From Selaginella moellendorffii (Eukaryota > Plantae > Lycopodiophyta): a stretch of DNA of 64,000 nucleotides. The stretch lies in contig NW_003314353.1 in the NCBI RefSeq assembly GCF_000143415.4, forward strand, positions 376,275 to 440,274. Reading direction: 5' to 3'. Of this stretch, positions 51,076-63,541 are shown one piece after another. The translations under genes were made by a program, and so were the position numbers. The notes under the pieces were generated by a model. The model saw nothing but the letters and a program-made list of their open reading frames with translations. It had not been told where the DNA came from and did not search any database. The number at the start of each line of letters is the position of its first letter. The first letter of the stretch is position 1.

Positions 51076-52700
51076 GAATGGTATACAATGTCCTTCTTGA
51101 TGACCCTGCAAAGAAGCATCTTGATCGGACACCACATGAGACCACACGAGCCTTACAATGTTTCAGGGGCATTTGCCATAGATCCGACCGTTATTTTGCT
51201 CCAAGATTCTACAGTTTGGTGTGCATTGACCTTTCCATCGACACTGCAAAGGGACATCACAATCAGATGCGGGATCACAAGAAACCAACTTCACTAACTC
51301 TGGTTTCACCAAGATCTACGTAAGGAGTTATGAAATGAAAGGACCCTCTCTATTGAAATGTGTTTATGGTCCTGACATATCAAAAGATTTTGCATCAAGG
51401 TCTGTATTTGCATGTTTATCAAGCTACTGAATTGCTAAACCCTAAACCCTAAACATGTGGCAAATGCTGCGTGAAGAAAGATGCCCTTTCTGGGCAAATG
51501 TTGTAAGAGGCAGATGCCGAGCAGTTACACGGCGAATAATCTTGGCACGGATCGCTGACATGGCATGGCAAAGTTCGAATCACTGACATGGCACAGCTGG
51601 ATCGAGGCAAGGACATGATGTGACAAAGTTCAACGTCCGACAGCAAAGTCTAGAAGCTACTCAGTTTGAAATTTGTCAGAGGAATTATAAGATCTAGTTT
51701 GTCAGAGGATTTGATGTGACGTTCAAGCGTGTGGGCTCATGCAATTTTGATCCCAAAAAATGCACCAAAAAATGCTCGGCGTCATCTGGCGTTATCACTT
51801 GAATGGCATGGGGCCGCATGCCATTTTCAAGGGCACATAGGAGTATATTCCTAGAATATTCTGACACATGCGAGATTTTTTTGAGTTTTTTGGAGATCCA
51901 ACCATTAGATCGCAACTAAATTTTACAGAATGGTATACAATGTCTTTCTTGATGACCCTGCAAAGAAGCATCTCGATCGGACACCACATGAGACCACACG
52001 AGCCTTACAATGTTTCAGGGGCATTTGCCATAGATCCGACCGTTATTTTGCTCCAAGATTCTACAGTTTGGTGTGCATTGACCTTTCCATCGACACTGCA
52101 AAGGACATTACAATCAGATGCGGGATCACAAGAAACTAACTTCACTAACTCTGGTTTCACCAAGATCTACGTAAGGAGTTATGAAATGAAAAGACCCTCT
52201 CTATTGAAATGTGTTTATGGTCCTAGGGGCATTGTGACATATCAAAGGATTTTGCATCAAATTCTATATTTGCATGTTTATCAAGCTACTGAATTGCTAA
52301 ACCCTAAACCCTAAACCCTAAACATGTGGCAAATGCTGCGTGAAGAAAGATGCCCTTTCTGGGCAAATGCTGTAAGAGGCAGATGCCGAGCAGATGTATC
52401 TCAGGCTAGCGAAGGGGACAAACGAAAGCTAGCTATAAACATGACGGGATGCAAATAGATTATTAGGCTGGTCCTGCGAAAATCAAAAACCATAATTGAA
52501 AACATTGAAAATGCAAAAAGAAAGGTTTATAATATTTTTGAATTTTAAGCAACCAAAGGAATGTAAGTAGGGCATGTGTTTGTAAGTTTAAAAATGCCTC
52601 AACCACTTAAATTCCCAAGTAAATAAAGCTGTTTCTATTTTTGGTACATGTAAACTTTATAGCGTGTGGGCTCATGCAATTTTGAACCCAAAAATGCACC
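51076..52700. repeat. Internal direct duplication of the intergenic region in copy 2
   Basis: About 51076-51520 recurs at about 51927-52390; single copy at 3245-3700 in copy 1. Confidence 0.85.
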
Positions 52701-53285
52701 AAAAAATGCTCGACTAGCATTATTCTTTGAATGGCGTGTGGCCTTATATTGCCATAAATGGACGTACACACACAGCATAATTATTCCTTTACACAGCGAA
52801 TAATCTTGGCGCGGATCGCTGACATGGCATGGCAAAGTTCGAATCACTGACATGGCACAGCTGGATCGAGGCAAGGACATGATGTGACAAAGTTCAACCT
52901 CCGACAGCAAAGTCTAGAAGCTACTCAGTTTGAAATTTGTCAGAGGAATCATAAGATCTGGTTTGTCAGAGGATTTGATGTGACGTTCCAACGTGTTTTA
53001 TTTTTGAATTCTCGAACTCATTCCTAGGTCTATCATTTTTGTGCGCCGTGTTCTTGGTTCCGCTGAGCGCAGTATGCCCTGCTTGTGTAAGCGGCGTTGT
53101 GAGCTGTGGTTTATGCGTCTACGAGCGGTTGCGGTATTGCGAGCGCCATTGCGAGCGGCAATTTAGGCGAGTGGCAGTTTGTGCGAGCGGCGCTACATGC
53201 TATTGAGGTTGTTTGGTATGTTATGATTTAGGCCATTCTCCAATCATTTTTTGTATGGTCTTAATTTCTTTTCTGCACTTTCAGA

Positions 53286-56184
53286 ATGGCCTCCGCAAGT
53301 GCGACGCATGTTCCCTCCGTGGATCTTAAGAACCGTGCTACATGGATTCAGGCAAAGGTGTTTCTAAACAACCCCGAGGGGGAGGTGGTAGCTGAGGGCT
53401 TAGCCACAGTTGTCGATCCAAGAGATGCGGTTGCTAATCAAGAATTAAGCTGGGATGATATTGGAGTTGCGATTTTAGAGGTTGTTGACACAGAAGAAAA
53501 CAATCTGACTATTGGAAGCATTGTGCGGTGGAAATTGAGGCACTTAGTGTTTGAGAATGTGAAGGATTCACAATCAAACACCACTACAACTGATGACAGA
53601 ACATCTCTTCATGGGAAAAGAAAGTACACCTTCCTAAAGCGCAGCCAAAGGGATCTGAGCAACGAACCGAAAAGGCAAAAAATGGCGATAGAGGTTTGAA
53701 TGGTCTCGACAGTTGCTTGTTGCAAGAGGAGGTGCTGTCAACATGCTGATTGGGATGCTATTGAAGAGGAGAGAGCAAGATACAAGACATTGTCCTGGAA
53801 GGCAGCTCGCAATTTTGTGTATGAGGCATTACGGTCATCTGTTGATGCTTCAGAACATCAGGTGGGGGGCATGGTCTTCCAGAGGGGTTTGGTCTGCATG
53901 AAGGCATGGAGAATCATTTATGGAGTCCTTCGAACCACATTCTACAGAATCAAAACTGAGTTCGAGGAACAAAGGGTTCAACAGGCAGTCCATGGGAACG
54001 ACGGTACTCACAAAACCAGGGGTGATGTTGTATATGGAGAGGCAATCTTCAAGAGGTTTGTCGAGATATGTAGCGAGCAGCAACCACATAAAACCCGCCT
54101 CTTGGAAGATGGAACTCGAGACACCCAACGAGTTCTCCCTTCCATGTATACCAAGGGGGCCATATTGGAAGATGTGAATCGGGAACTCCAGAGTAATGGC
54201 TACAGGAAGCTGAGCCAATCTAGATTTAGTAGATTGTGGAGCAACAGGTTCAGGGATGTGAGTATAAGAAAGTACTCCAGCTTTTCAAAGTGTGACGAGT
54301 GCACTGCTATCAAAATGGCTTTGTCGAAGAATTCTTGCATCGCTCAAGAGCGAGAGACGTTGGTTAGAAGGCGGCTCGACCACAACATCGAGCAGAGAAG
54401 CTGCAGGACTGCATATTATCATAACAAGATTCTCTCCATGGAGAGACCTGACTCTTACCTCTGCATCATCCACGACAAAATGGACCAGAAAAAGACGTGC
54501 TTACCTTGACTCAATCCTGCCCCCAAGGCAATCTCTTCATCCATGCAGCTGCCTGTGTCTCTGTTTGGCATAATCGCTCATGGGGATGGTGCCCAGAACT
54601 ATGGGAACTTCTTTGTACCTCTATGGGGTGGCAGGGGTGCAAACATGATGATTGCGTCCCTAGCAAAACACTTAAGGTCTCTACAAAGTGCGCAGACTGA
54701 GCTGAACGGCCAACCCTTGCATAAGGCCCTTGTCGATCGAACCCCATACAGGGTTCAGCTGGAGGAGGAGCAAAGGCTTGCAGTATCGCGTGGGGCCCCA
54801 TACCATCCCAGTGAATATGTTGGCCGTTAGATTATAGGGTTATCACGTGAGGCCTCATGCCATTCCGACAAGGCTGGTCGCCCGGTGAATGCACAGCCTC
54901 ATCCAAACGAAGCAGAATCTCAAGGAAGTTCTTGCGGCCGATGTGGCCTTCCACCCCATCTTCTGCTCCAAACAGACAATGCTAGCAGTGAGAACAAAAA
55001 CATGTACGTCTTCGCGTACTTGGCGATGCTTGTTGCCAAAGGCATATTTGAAACGGTTACACTTGGCTTTCTCATGGTTGGGCACACTCATGAAGACGTC
55101 GATGCCATGTTCAGTCACCTGGCAGAGTCCCTCTGGCGATCCAATGTCCTCACCCTCCCACAACTCTACGATGAATTCCAAAATTGCATCAAAGGCACTG
55201 TTGAAGCTGCACTTGTGACAGAGGTTCCAGACTTTAAGGGGTTTGTAAGAGGCTACATCAGGGACGGATCCGAAACGCTGATTGGCCACTCCAAGCCTCT
55301 TCAGTTTCATTTCAGCATGCGTGATGGTGCTCCAGTGATGAGGTACAAGATGAGAGAATGGGACACAGTGTGGCTGCCAGTGGACGGCATTGAACTCTTC
55401 AAGAGAGATCCCATAACTGGGGAACCTATGATTCCTCAGGGTTCCCCACGGCCGATGCACCCGGATGGACTCAAAGACCAGGAAAGTATAGTGGCCGGGA
55501 TTAAACAGCATATTGCCTTCTGGAAGAGGGGGTTGGTGTTTGGTGGAGAATCCTATTTTCAGAGGTGCAAGCCTTTGATTGAATACTGGGAGAAGATTAT
55601 ATCTGCTATCCAAAATGGGCCGGTTGTATATGAAGAATTGGAAGAGTCCTTTTGGCCAGAACCCAGAGCACCAGATAGTAGCGGAACAATGTCCTCTGGA
55701 AATGCAGTGACAGATAACAATGTTGAGGATCACTATTGTGGGCCGAGGAACAAGAAGCCGGATTCAGCATTCAATCCAGTACAGGTCTGCAAAGGAATGG
55801 TCGTGCTTGTCAGACCCAGTAATAAAAAACAAATGATATGGGTGGGGCGTTGCATCACTGATGCAGAGGAGGACGCGGAAACTAACTCCTTCAATGTAAC
55901 TGTGGAGTGGTTCAAGCCAAGTTCCGGATATACGAAGGATTGCCTAGAAAAGAGATGGGTGTTGAATCCAAGGGATCCCAACATGAGCATATCGGTGGAT
56001 AATGTTGTGCATGGTTGGATGCGGAAGCAGAGTGCCACCATCACCTTGCCAGACCATGCAAGAGATGTAGCAAAAGCATTCATAACCTGGGTTCAAGGTG
56101 AGATTCATTAATATTCCTTTACTAAGTTTCTAATGTATTTTATTTCAAGGTGAACAATCCAAATCTAAATCAGAGGAGGCGTGA
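53286..56184 (+). pseudogene. Sola-like DDD transposase (~940 codons in one frame, 3 stops) with N-terminal Tnp1/En-Spm-like and C-terminal BAH/SH3-like regions
   Basis: ORFs 53286, 53700, 54543 and 54885 share one frame, with stops at 53697, 54507 and 54828. Motifs CxxC (KCDEC), HDKMDQ, LQTDNASSENKN, GHTHEDVDAMFS; terminal intron 56098-56149. Confidence 0.82.
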
Positions 56185-56824
56185 TGGCATGTGGCCTTAC
56201 GCCATTCCTAGGTGAGATGATACAAATAACAAGTAAAAATTCTTATTTGTTCTAGCAAATCTTACTTAAAGTTCAAGGTGAACAAGCCGAATATGAATTC
56301 ATCGGATTGTTATAACAAATTGTGAGGTGATGGCATGAGGCGATACGCCATTTGAGAGTGGTAGCCATTCCTATATGAGGTGAGTGAAATATTTATTAGA
56401 AATACCTCATTCAATTGTGCACTTCTAAGTCTTGGTCCACTCAGTACTGTTTGCATGTTTTTATTTTAATTCTTTCTCTAAAATGTTATTTAGCATGTGG
56501 CTTCATGCCATTGCTCTCCACAATCATGCATTGAATTTTTCTATCCTTGCATAATACTTCTCTATATATATAGCATGTGCGCACATGTGATATGGTTCAT
56601 TAGGCCTGATATAGTGTGTGAGGTAAAACAAAGATGATGTGACATATGCATTTACCAATCACACGTGCATAAATCTAATAATATGGCGTGTGGCCCATAT
56701 TAATGGCACATAAACCCATATTGTGGGCTTACGTGCTTTATGTACCATCATTCCCTTGCAGCGTGTGTGTTGGTTTCCTTTTATAACACAACGAACTCCA
56801 TATTTTAGGGTGAAGAGCATTCTC

Positions 56825-57082
56825 ATGGCAAGCACAAAATCTGTAAGTGAGGCAGAAAAGGAGACGGAGAAGGAGATAGGTGAAGATGTAGAATATATAA
56901 GTCTTCCAAACTCCCCGTACTATACTCCAGGTGATCATTTTTCTGAACAAACGGCAACATTAACAACTATCGAGAACGCCCCAGTAACGTCAGAGACAAC
57001 AATCCAAAGCAAAACAACTGACCCGGAGAAGGATGATAGTACCGCTGAGAGTACCAAAAAGGAGGTGTCCACTAGCGCTTAG
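56825..57082 (+). CDS. Small acidic ORF (85 aa), second copy
   Basis: Near-identical to 10134-10391. Confidence 0.35.
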   Translation: MASTKSVSEAEKETEKEIGEDVEYISLPNSPYYTPGDHFSEQTATLTTIENAPVTSETTIQSKTTDPEKDDSTAESTKKEVSTSA

Positions 57083-57718
57083 GCTTATAATGGCGTGTGC
57101 CCTCATGCCATTTACTTGATCACCAAATACCTTTTTCCCTTTGCACTAGTATATCTTAATACCGGTCTGAGAAATAGAATGGCATGTGCCCTCAGGCCTT
57201 TTACTAAATCACCTTTGAAAGAAATGCAAGCCTTTATGTCGTAAAAAAAAGGTACTAGAGAAATTCCTTAATAATATGAATGTTATTTAGTTTCATGAAA
57301 ATACACTAAGGGTCAAATGAGTTAAATGACTTCTCCAGATTAGCAATGCCTCTTGCTACACCTTCACAATTAGATTCGTTAGAAAAAGATAACATTGAAT
57401 AATATCTAAATGTTCTCACCATTAAGTTATATGTCTGGCTAATAGGAATGATGTTCATCTTGGAAAGCTCACCACACGCTCAATGAACAAACAAATAGTG
57501 TGTGCGCGCATGCCATCGCTCTTCTTTAGCTTCAGATTTGGCTTGTTCACCTTGACAATGAGATTTATTATACAACCAGATGGACTCAGTCTGGACACAA
57601 AGTCACCGCGCTAGTCACCATGCCCCAGATATGTCTAGCCCCTGGACAAAAAACATATAATTTCACGTCATTTTCAAATACTTGAAAATTTGTACCTAGT
57701 CCCATTTTACTGAATAAA

Positions 57719-57742
57719 TCCCACTTTAACGAAATAGAGCTT
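57719..57742 (-). repeat. Right TIR of copy 2
   Basis: tcccactttaacgaaatagagctt followed by TSD gtct. Confidence 0.95.
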
Positions 57743-59849
57743 GTCTTTACATTTAGCAATCATTGGTGATGAATGACTATTATATTGGGATAGTTGATTG
57801 TTCTCATTACAAGATTTACTTAGTTGTTATTGGTGGTAAATGATTTGCCATTTTTCAGGATGGTGGATTATTTCTTTGATGATGATTATACATTTCTTCA
57901 TTGATGAGATGTTCTTTATGGTTTGTTTTGGATTGGTTTTTTGGGTTTGAGACATCAATAGAATGTTATTGACACTTGCTTAAACAACTTGAGTTCCTTT
58001 ATATTATTGACTAGGATCTATTCAGATTGGCTAGTGCAATAGTTGGCATGAACACTATGTTTGTTGATCTTGCAACATTCATTCTGTTCTGGTGATTGTT
58101 GCTTGAGTTAGTTATGATAGATTTAGATGTTATTTCTTTTGGGTAATACATGTGCGAACATTTTGCTTAGTCAATGATACTTTGTATTCTTTGAGTTATC
58201 TTTTGTAAGTTGTTTGGCATTCTATCTGCAATTTTTGATAGTTAAGTTTTATTATTGAGTTTCCTTGATGATATCTTTACTATTGAATTTTGTTAGATAG
58301 TGAATCCTATGTTTTTTGATTATGATGATCCTGGTGGTTCCTATATAGTTTATCGGATGATAACTTACTTTTAGAATACTTTGTGTTCTAATATAAGATT
58401 TATTTGCTGATACTTAAGTCTCTCAGATATTATTGTTTATAACTTTGATATTGTCTATTTATTGATCTTTGAGTTTGTGCCAATATAGGTAGACTGGCTT
58501 TGGCACTTCATATGCATGGTGAAATCTCTAATCATGGAATAGCTATTGTTGATTGGTCATATCACCTGCCTCTTTGTTGATTTTCTTTATCTTGTTAAAA
58601 GAGCATGACTATGTAAACAACTCTAACTGCATGTTTATAGTAGTCTATTTAAACTTTACTGATGGGTTTGGTTTCTTTGCTCAAAAGGGTTAGGGCCTTT
58701 AACTTCTCTCTCTATATCTCTATAGATAGGGGCATATTAGATGTGTCAATAGAGATTCCAGAAAGGAATCCACCAATATGTAAGGAGGCAAATTAAATTT
58801 GCATCTTAGTTGGGGGCAAGAATGGTATAGTTGTACTATAGATGATCAAACTTATAATTAAAGAGGTAGTTAGGGTAGTGGTGTAGATTAGGGCTTATGA
58901 GGTGGCTGAGCTACAAAATATGCAAAGGATTTTAAAATCCTAAGAATTTCAAAGCTAGAGAATAAAAGTGGGAAGAATTGGGGAATAAGGATTAAGTTAG
59001 GCTTCACCCCACCCCTTTGGGATTTTGCATTTAACAACATTTCTTCAAATACCTTGGAGTAAGCGTGTTTGAAGATTCTATTTTAGCATTTATAGTGTGT
59101 TGTGAGGTTTGGTCACCTATGCATGCTTGTTTTGTGTCATGAGGTTGCCACTAGCAAGCAAAGAGCAACCAAGCTGTGTCAATGAGAGATCAAGGAAGCA
59201 TTGTTAGGGTGACATGTTGGATATTCCATACCAAATGGCTTGAGTGATGAGTTTGTTCATTGCATCCTTCTAGGAAAGTACATACTACCAGGAATAGTTG
59301 ATAGATAACAAATGATGTCATTACATATAAAAATGAGATTTGAAAAAAAGTAAACAATTATTAAACACCCCAAGAGCATTGGTCTAAACATCTACTATAC
59401 TTAATTGAAGATGACAACTCAAAGAAATATGACTTGTAAACTATATTGCAATATCCATTAAGGCAAGAAGATTCACACAAGCACTATAATAATCTAATAT
59501 GGATGTTGATTCTTTCTCTTGTTTGACCACTAAATTTTGGACAACGATTGGATTTCCTCAACAATATCTTCAATTTCCAGCCCTATGTGCATGGAAAATC
59601 TAAAAATAGTTATTTTTAAACATGATATGCCATCACAAAAGACAATATTGGTTCCTCCTCCAAGTTCTTGGATCTTAAACACCACTCTACTCAAAAGGCT
59701 TGTAAAATGGATGGGCATCCTTGTGTGGAGTGTGATCTCTCCACACTTCATGACTAATTTTTAGTGAATCAGGATTTTAGGCAATTTAAAGCCATAGCTA
59801 GCAAGCAAGAACACACCAAAAGTGTTGCAAATCGGCAAGATTAATATAA

Positions 59850-60213
59850 AATACTTAGTGTTCTTTTGGGTTCCAACATTCGGGTTCCAACATGGAAGAC
59901 ATCCGCAAGGTGTATAGAAAGCTCCAGAAGCAACATCATCCAAACATTTCCAAATCAAAAATTTCATGGATGGTTTTCTTATTTTCTTTGTTATCCAAGG
60001 CCCTTACAATGACTCTCATGCTAAATGAGGCCTACCAAGTTCTAAGTAACAAATTTTTGCATTCCCAATATGATGCTTCATTGCCTCACATGGCATCAAC
60101 TAGAACAATGAATTACTACTACTCCAAGCCTTCATTTATTGGATCTATTTATAGTACTTGGAATGGACTAGACAGGCTACAACGCATCTTTGTTGATGAG
60201 AAAATGTGCATAG
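59850..60213 (+). pseudogene. DnaJ-ferredoxin (DJC76/DJC77/CDJ3-like) gene fragment
   Basis: DIRKVYRKLQKQHHPN (HPD lost), LNEAYQVLS..SQYD, then IFVDEKMCIG followed by a GT donor; downstream exons not found. Confidence 0.7.
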
Positions 60214-61369
60214 GTAAAGAAAATAAGCCCTTCTCATTTACCATTATATGGAAAATGGAAGTTTTGTTTTGCTAAGATTGCTAAGAGGTCATTTTCAAAG
60301 GAAAATGCAATAAGAAATGGACCTACTTCTCTAGCTGGGTGGATCTGAAACTTGACATAGTGGAATCATGATACAAGGAGTGAGACAAACCAGAGTGTGT
60401 GTACCTCTAAATATATCCACCTTGAGTAGGAGTGTTCTTGCAGTGGCTGGGATAAATGAGTATACTTGGGCAGCCTTTGGAGGTGGGCAATGTTCTACAA
60501 AGCAATATGATATATTAGGAAGTATTTAGTTGCCAAAGACTTTGTTTATTCTTCTTCTATCATCCTAGAGGTAGCTTAGGCAAGTCAACTCGAGATCTAA
60601 GTAGTGGGGTCCCCTCTCTTGGTATCTATATTGTGACTGCCTTTATGTTGTTTGTAGCTTGGGACTTTATAAGTAGTGGTGAGGGTGAGCATGTATGGCT
60701 GTGGTGCCAATGGAGTTGTTGTGCTAATGTGATAGAGGTGAGCATGATACTAAATGGGATTGGCATATCTAGTATCCTTATGACTTGGGGCTAGGGTCTA
60801 GCAAACCATCAAGGAAATAACTCCGAAAGTTAGTAAAAAGTACAATTTATGGGAGGCTTAAATGAGTGAGGGAACTACCTCTCCTTTATGTTTAAAGATG
60901 CTAACACTCAAATAACCCTCCAGCCATCACCAAAAAGGAAATGACTAATAAAATTAGCTGCCCTTACTACTCTAAATACCACTCAGCTTATAGAGGAATA
61001 ATATATTTATGCTTGCAAGGATATATATAGAGAGAGATAGAGGCCCAATCCTCTAAGCACAAATCAACCCCATCGGGAAAATTTAGACAACTATTATAAA
61101 TTGGCAGATAATATTGTTTACAGAACCATGCCCCTTTTACAAAAATGGGTCAACAAAAGAGAGGTAGAGACTTATGATTAGTCTAGTTAGGATAATAGTT
61201 ATCCCCATAGTTATAGATTGAACCTAGTGCCATGCAAAACAAACCTAAAACTAATGAACGAAAGAAATGTTTAATTGAAATGTAATTACAAAGGATTACA
61301 AAAGCTACTCTTTATTACTATTCTCATACTTCATGTTAAGTTCACGGACATGTGTAAGATTATTAAGAG

Positions 61370-61700
61370 GTCCCCAGTAGATTCACATATTTTAGGACAA
61401 GAGAATTAACTCAACCTCATATTCAAAATCACCATCCATAACTTTTAGAGGGGGATGAATGTTTGTAGAGCAATTCGCATCAGCATGATATAGTGTCAGT
61501 AAATTGACATGAAACATATCATGAATATAGGATAACTCATCCAGAAGATTCAACTTATGGGATACATCACCAATCTACTTTAACACTCAATAGGGCCCAA
61601 CATATCTTGGTAACAACTTCTGGGACAAAAACCCCTTAACAGGTAAATTTCGTGAGGATAACCACACTTGGTCTCCCATTTGATAAGTTATATCTTAACT
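61370..61700 (-). mobile_element. Degenerate chromovirus integrase C-terminus (GPY/F module and chromodomain start)
   Basis: Minus-strand translation gives GDQVWL, LLPRYVGPY*VL, IHDMFHVNLL and EYEVELIL. Confidence 0.65.
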
Positions 61701-62902
61701 GATGATCTATCATGTTAATACTTATCTTGAGCTTTACCTATTGTCTTAGTTGCCCTAGACCAACCTTGGTGCAGTTGCTCCACATAAATCTCAATAGCTG
61801 AGACCAATATTTTAGACATTAGTTTCAACACACTCTAGATACGTCTTCGGCTTAAACTTCAAAATCCTATTATAAAAAAACCTAAACCTTCAAGCATCTT
61901 TGTCACTTATATTTGCAATCATAATATGTTTCTAAATAAATGCATTAACATAGTGCATAAAGTCTCCATGCTGCTTTAGCTATTGTAGCTCTATGCAAAG
62001 TCTTAGACCAAGATTATCTAGCAAGTATTCCTTATGAATATGAGACCACATCTTAGTCCAACTTTTAATCTACCCTTTTACAATGTATATAAGTTTTGGC
62101 ATGATCAGTGAGAAAGGATTACATGTATACAACTTTCATATGATCATCTATATCTATCGCTATAAAATAGTTTTTCATATCATAAACCCAGTCTTCCAAA
62201 ATTTGATAGTCTTACATGCCTCTGAAATTGGATGGTTTTGGGGGCTTGAACTTTGAAACTCGTGCAATCAGGGGTGGTTGCAAAACTTTATTGTCCTTAG
62301 AACTTGAAGAGGAGTTTAATTGCTTAGGTTTAACTAGTTTAGTTGCCTTGCTTCTTTCTTTTTCTTTTTATTTTCTTTTTTTAATTTGTGAACTTCCTTT
62401 TGCAAATTCTCAATCTCAATGTTTTGAGCTATACACTACAGTGCTATAGTTCCTCTTTTGATTTAACTTTAGCCTCTTCTATAGCATCTCTAGTAGGAGT
62501 TTCCTCCTCTCAATTCACTCATCTAAAAGTTTTAACATCATTAGCACGGTTTCTTTTCGCCATCTCACCAGTTGCATATATACCTCTATCAATAACTGAA
62601 CATATATATAATATTCTTATTGAATGGTGCAATCTAACCCTACACAGATGACTTCAAATCTACTAGAAAAGTCTTTATATAGTAATTAGAGTAAAACACT
62701 CTAACAAAAGCTGGATAGGAATCGCTAAGATAAATTCTTCTTATATCAAGTATAGCATACTAAAACTTTGAGCTTATTGTGTTATATAACAAGAGTGTAG
62801 TACACACTCAATATCCCTTACGAGCACCAGCTCCCTATATCTAGCTTCTGCATACAAAACAGTGTCAAATAGTGGTTAGTATAATTTTCACATACTAGTG
62901 GT

Positions 62903-63541
62903 CTGAAAAAGGGGCAATTACTTGATGAGAAAGCCCTTAGTGATTATTTTATCCCCACTTATCCCCCAAGGTTCCAAGGATCCACGGTGACAGTATATCC
63001 AAATCCTATCCCATGATCACATGTGCTACACTTACCCCCTCTTCAGAGATGTTAATGTCCTTATTAACTATTGACTAACAACCCCTACTGAGCCAAGGGG
63101 AACCAGCACCTTCATTTTTGCACTCAATCTACTAATCTTTCCATTGTGTAGACCAGCTATTCCATGTGAGGCAACTAGTCATCCACCCGTACCGCAATCC
63201 CACGGTGGATACCTTCGTCCGTGAATACTCCATACAAGAGGAAGGACATACACATGGATGTCCAATACGTACGATTTCAAATTTAGGGGTAAAAATATAC
63301 CTTATTCAAGGGTATATTATATTTTTAAGTAGCCACTAATTAATGGGAATCGAACTCGTGCCATTTGCTCCGATACCAACTGTAACGCACTTTATCTCTC
63401 TCCCCTTAAGTCAACTGAAAAGGGGCAATTGCTTGATGAGAAAGCCCTTAGTGGCTATTTTATCCCCATTTATCCTTCAAGGTTCCAAGGATTCACGGTG
63501 ACAGTATATCCAAATTTCATCCCATGATCACATGTGTTATA
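62903..63541 (-). mobile_element. TRIM (terminal-repeat retrotransposon in miniature)
   Basis: Direct repeats at 62903-63030 and 63381-63541, PBS TGGTATCGGAGC at 63378-63367, PPT at 63031-63040, ~350-bp non-coding interior. Confidence 0.75.

Larger units (their letters stand above)
47827..57742 (+). mobile_element. Large Sola-like DNA transposon, copy 2 (both ends present, internally deleted)
   Basis: Perfect 24-bp TIRs at 47827-47850 and 57719-57742; TSD GTCT (47823-47826 / 57743-57746); transposase plus cargo gene. Confidence 0.93.
33243..58742 (+). mobile_element. Non-autonomous LTR element family B, copy 2 (host of nested insertions; 3' end missing)
   Basis: 5' LTR at 33243-33752 plus 45006-45646, PBS TGGTATCAGAGG at 45649-45660, internal region homologous (reverse complement) to parts of 12560-17160, interrupted by the DNA transposon at 47827-57742. 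Confidence 0.8.

Noticed and set aside
54855-55733. Antisense ORFs (292 aa; also 8163-8921 and similar)
   Set aside because: Shadow frames of the transposase with no recognisable motifs.
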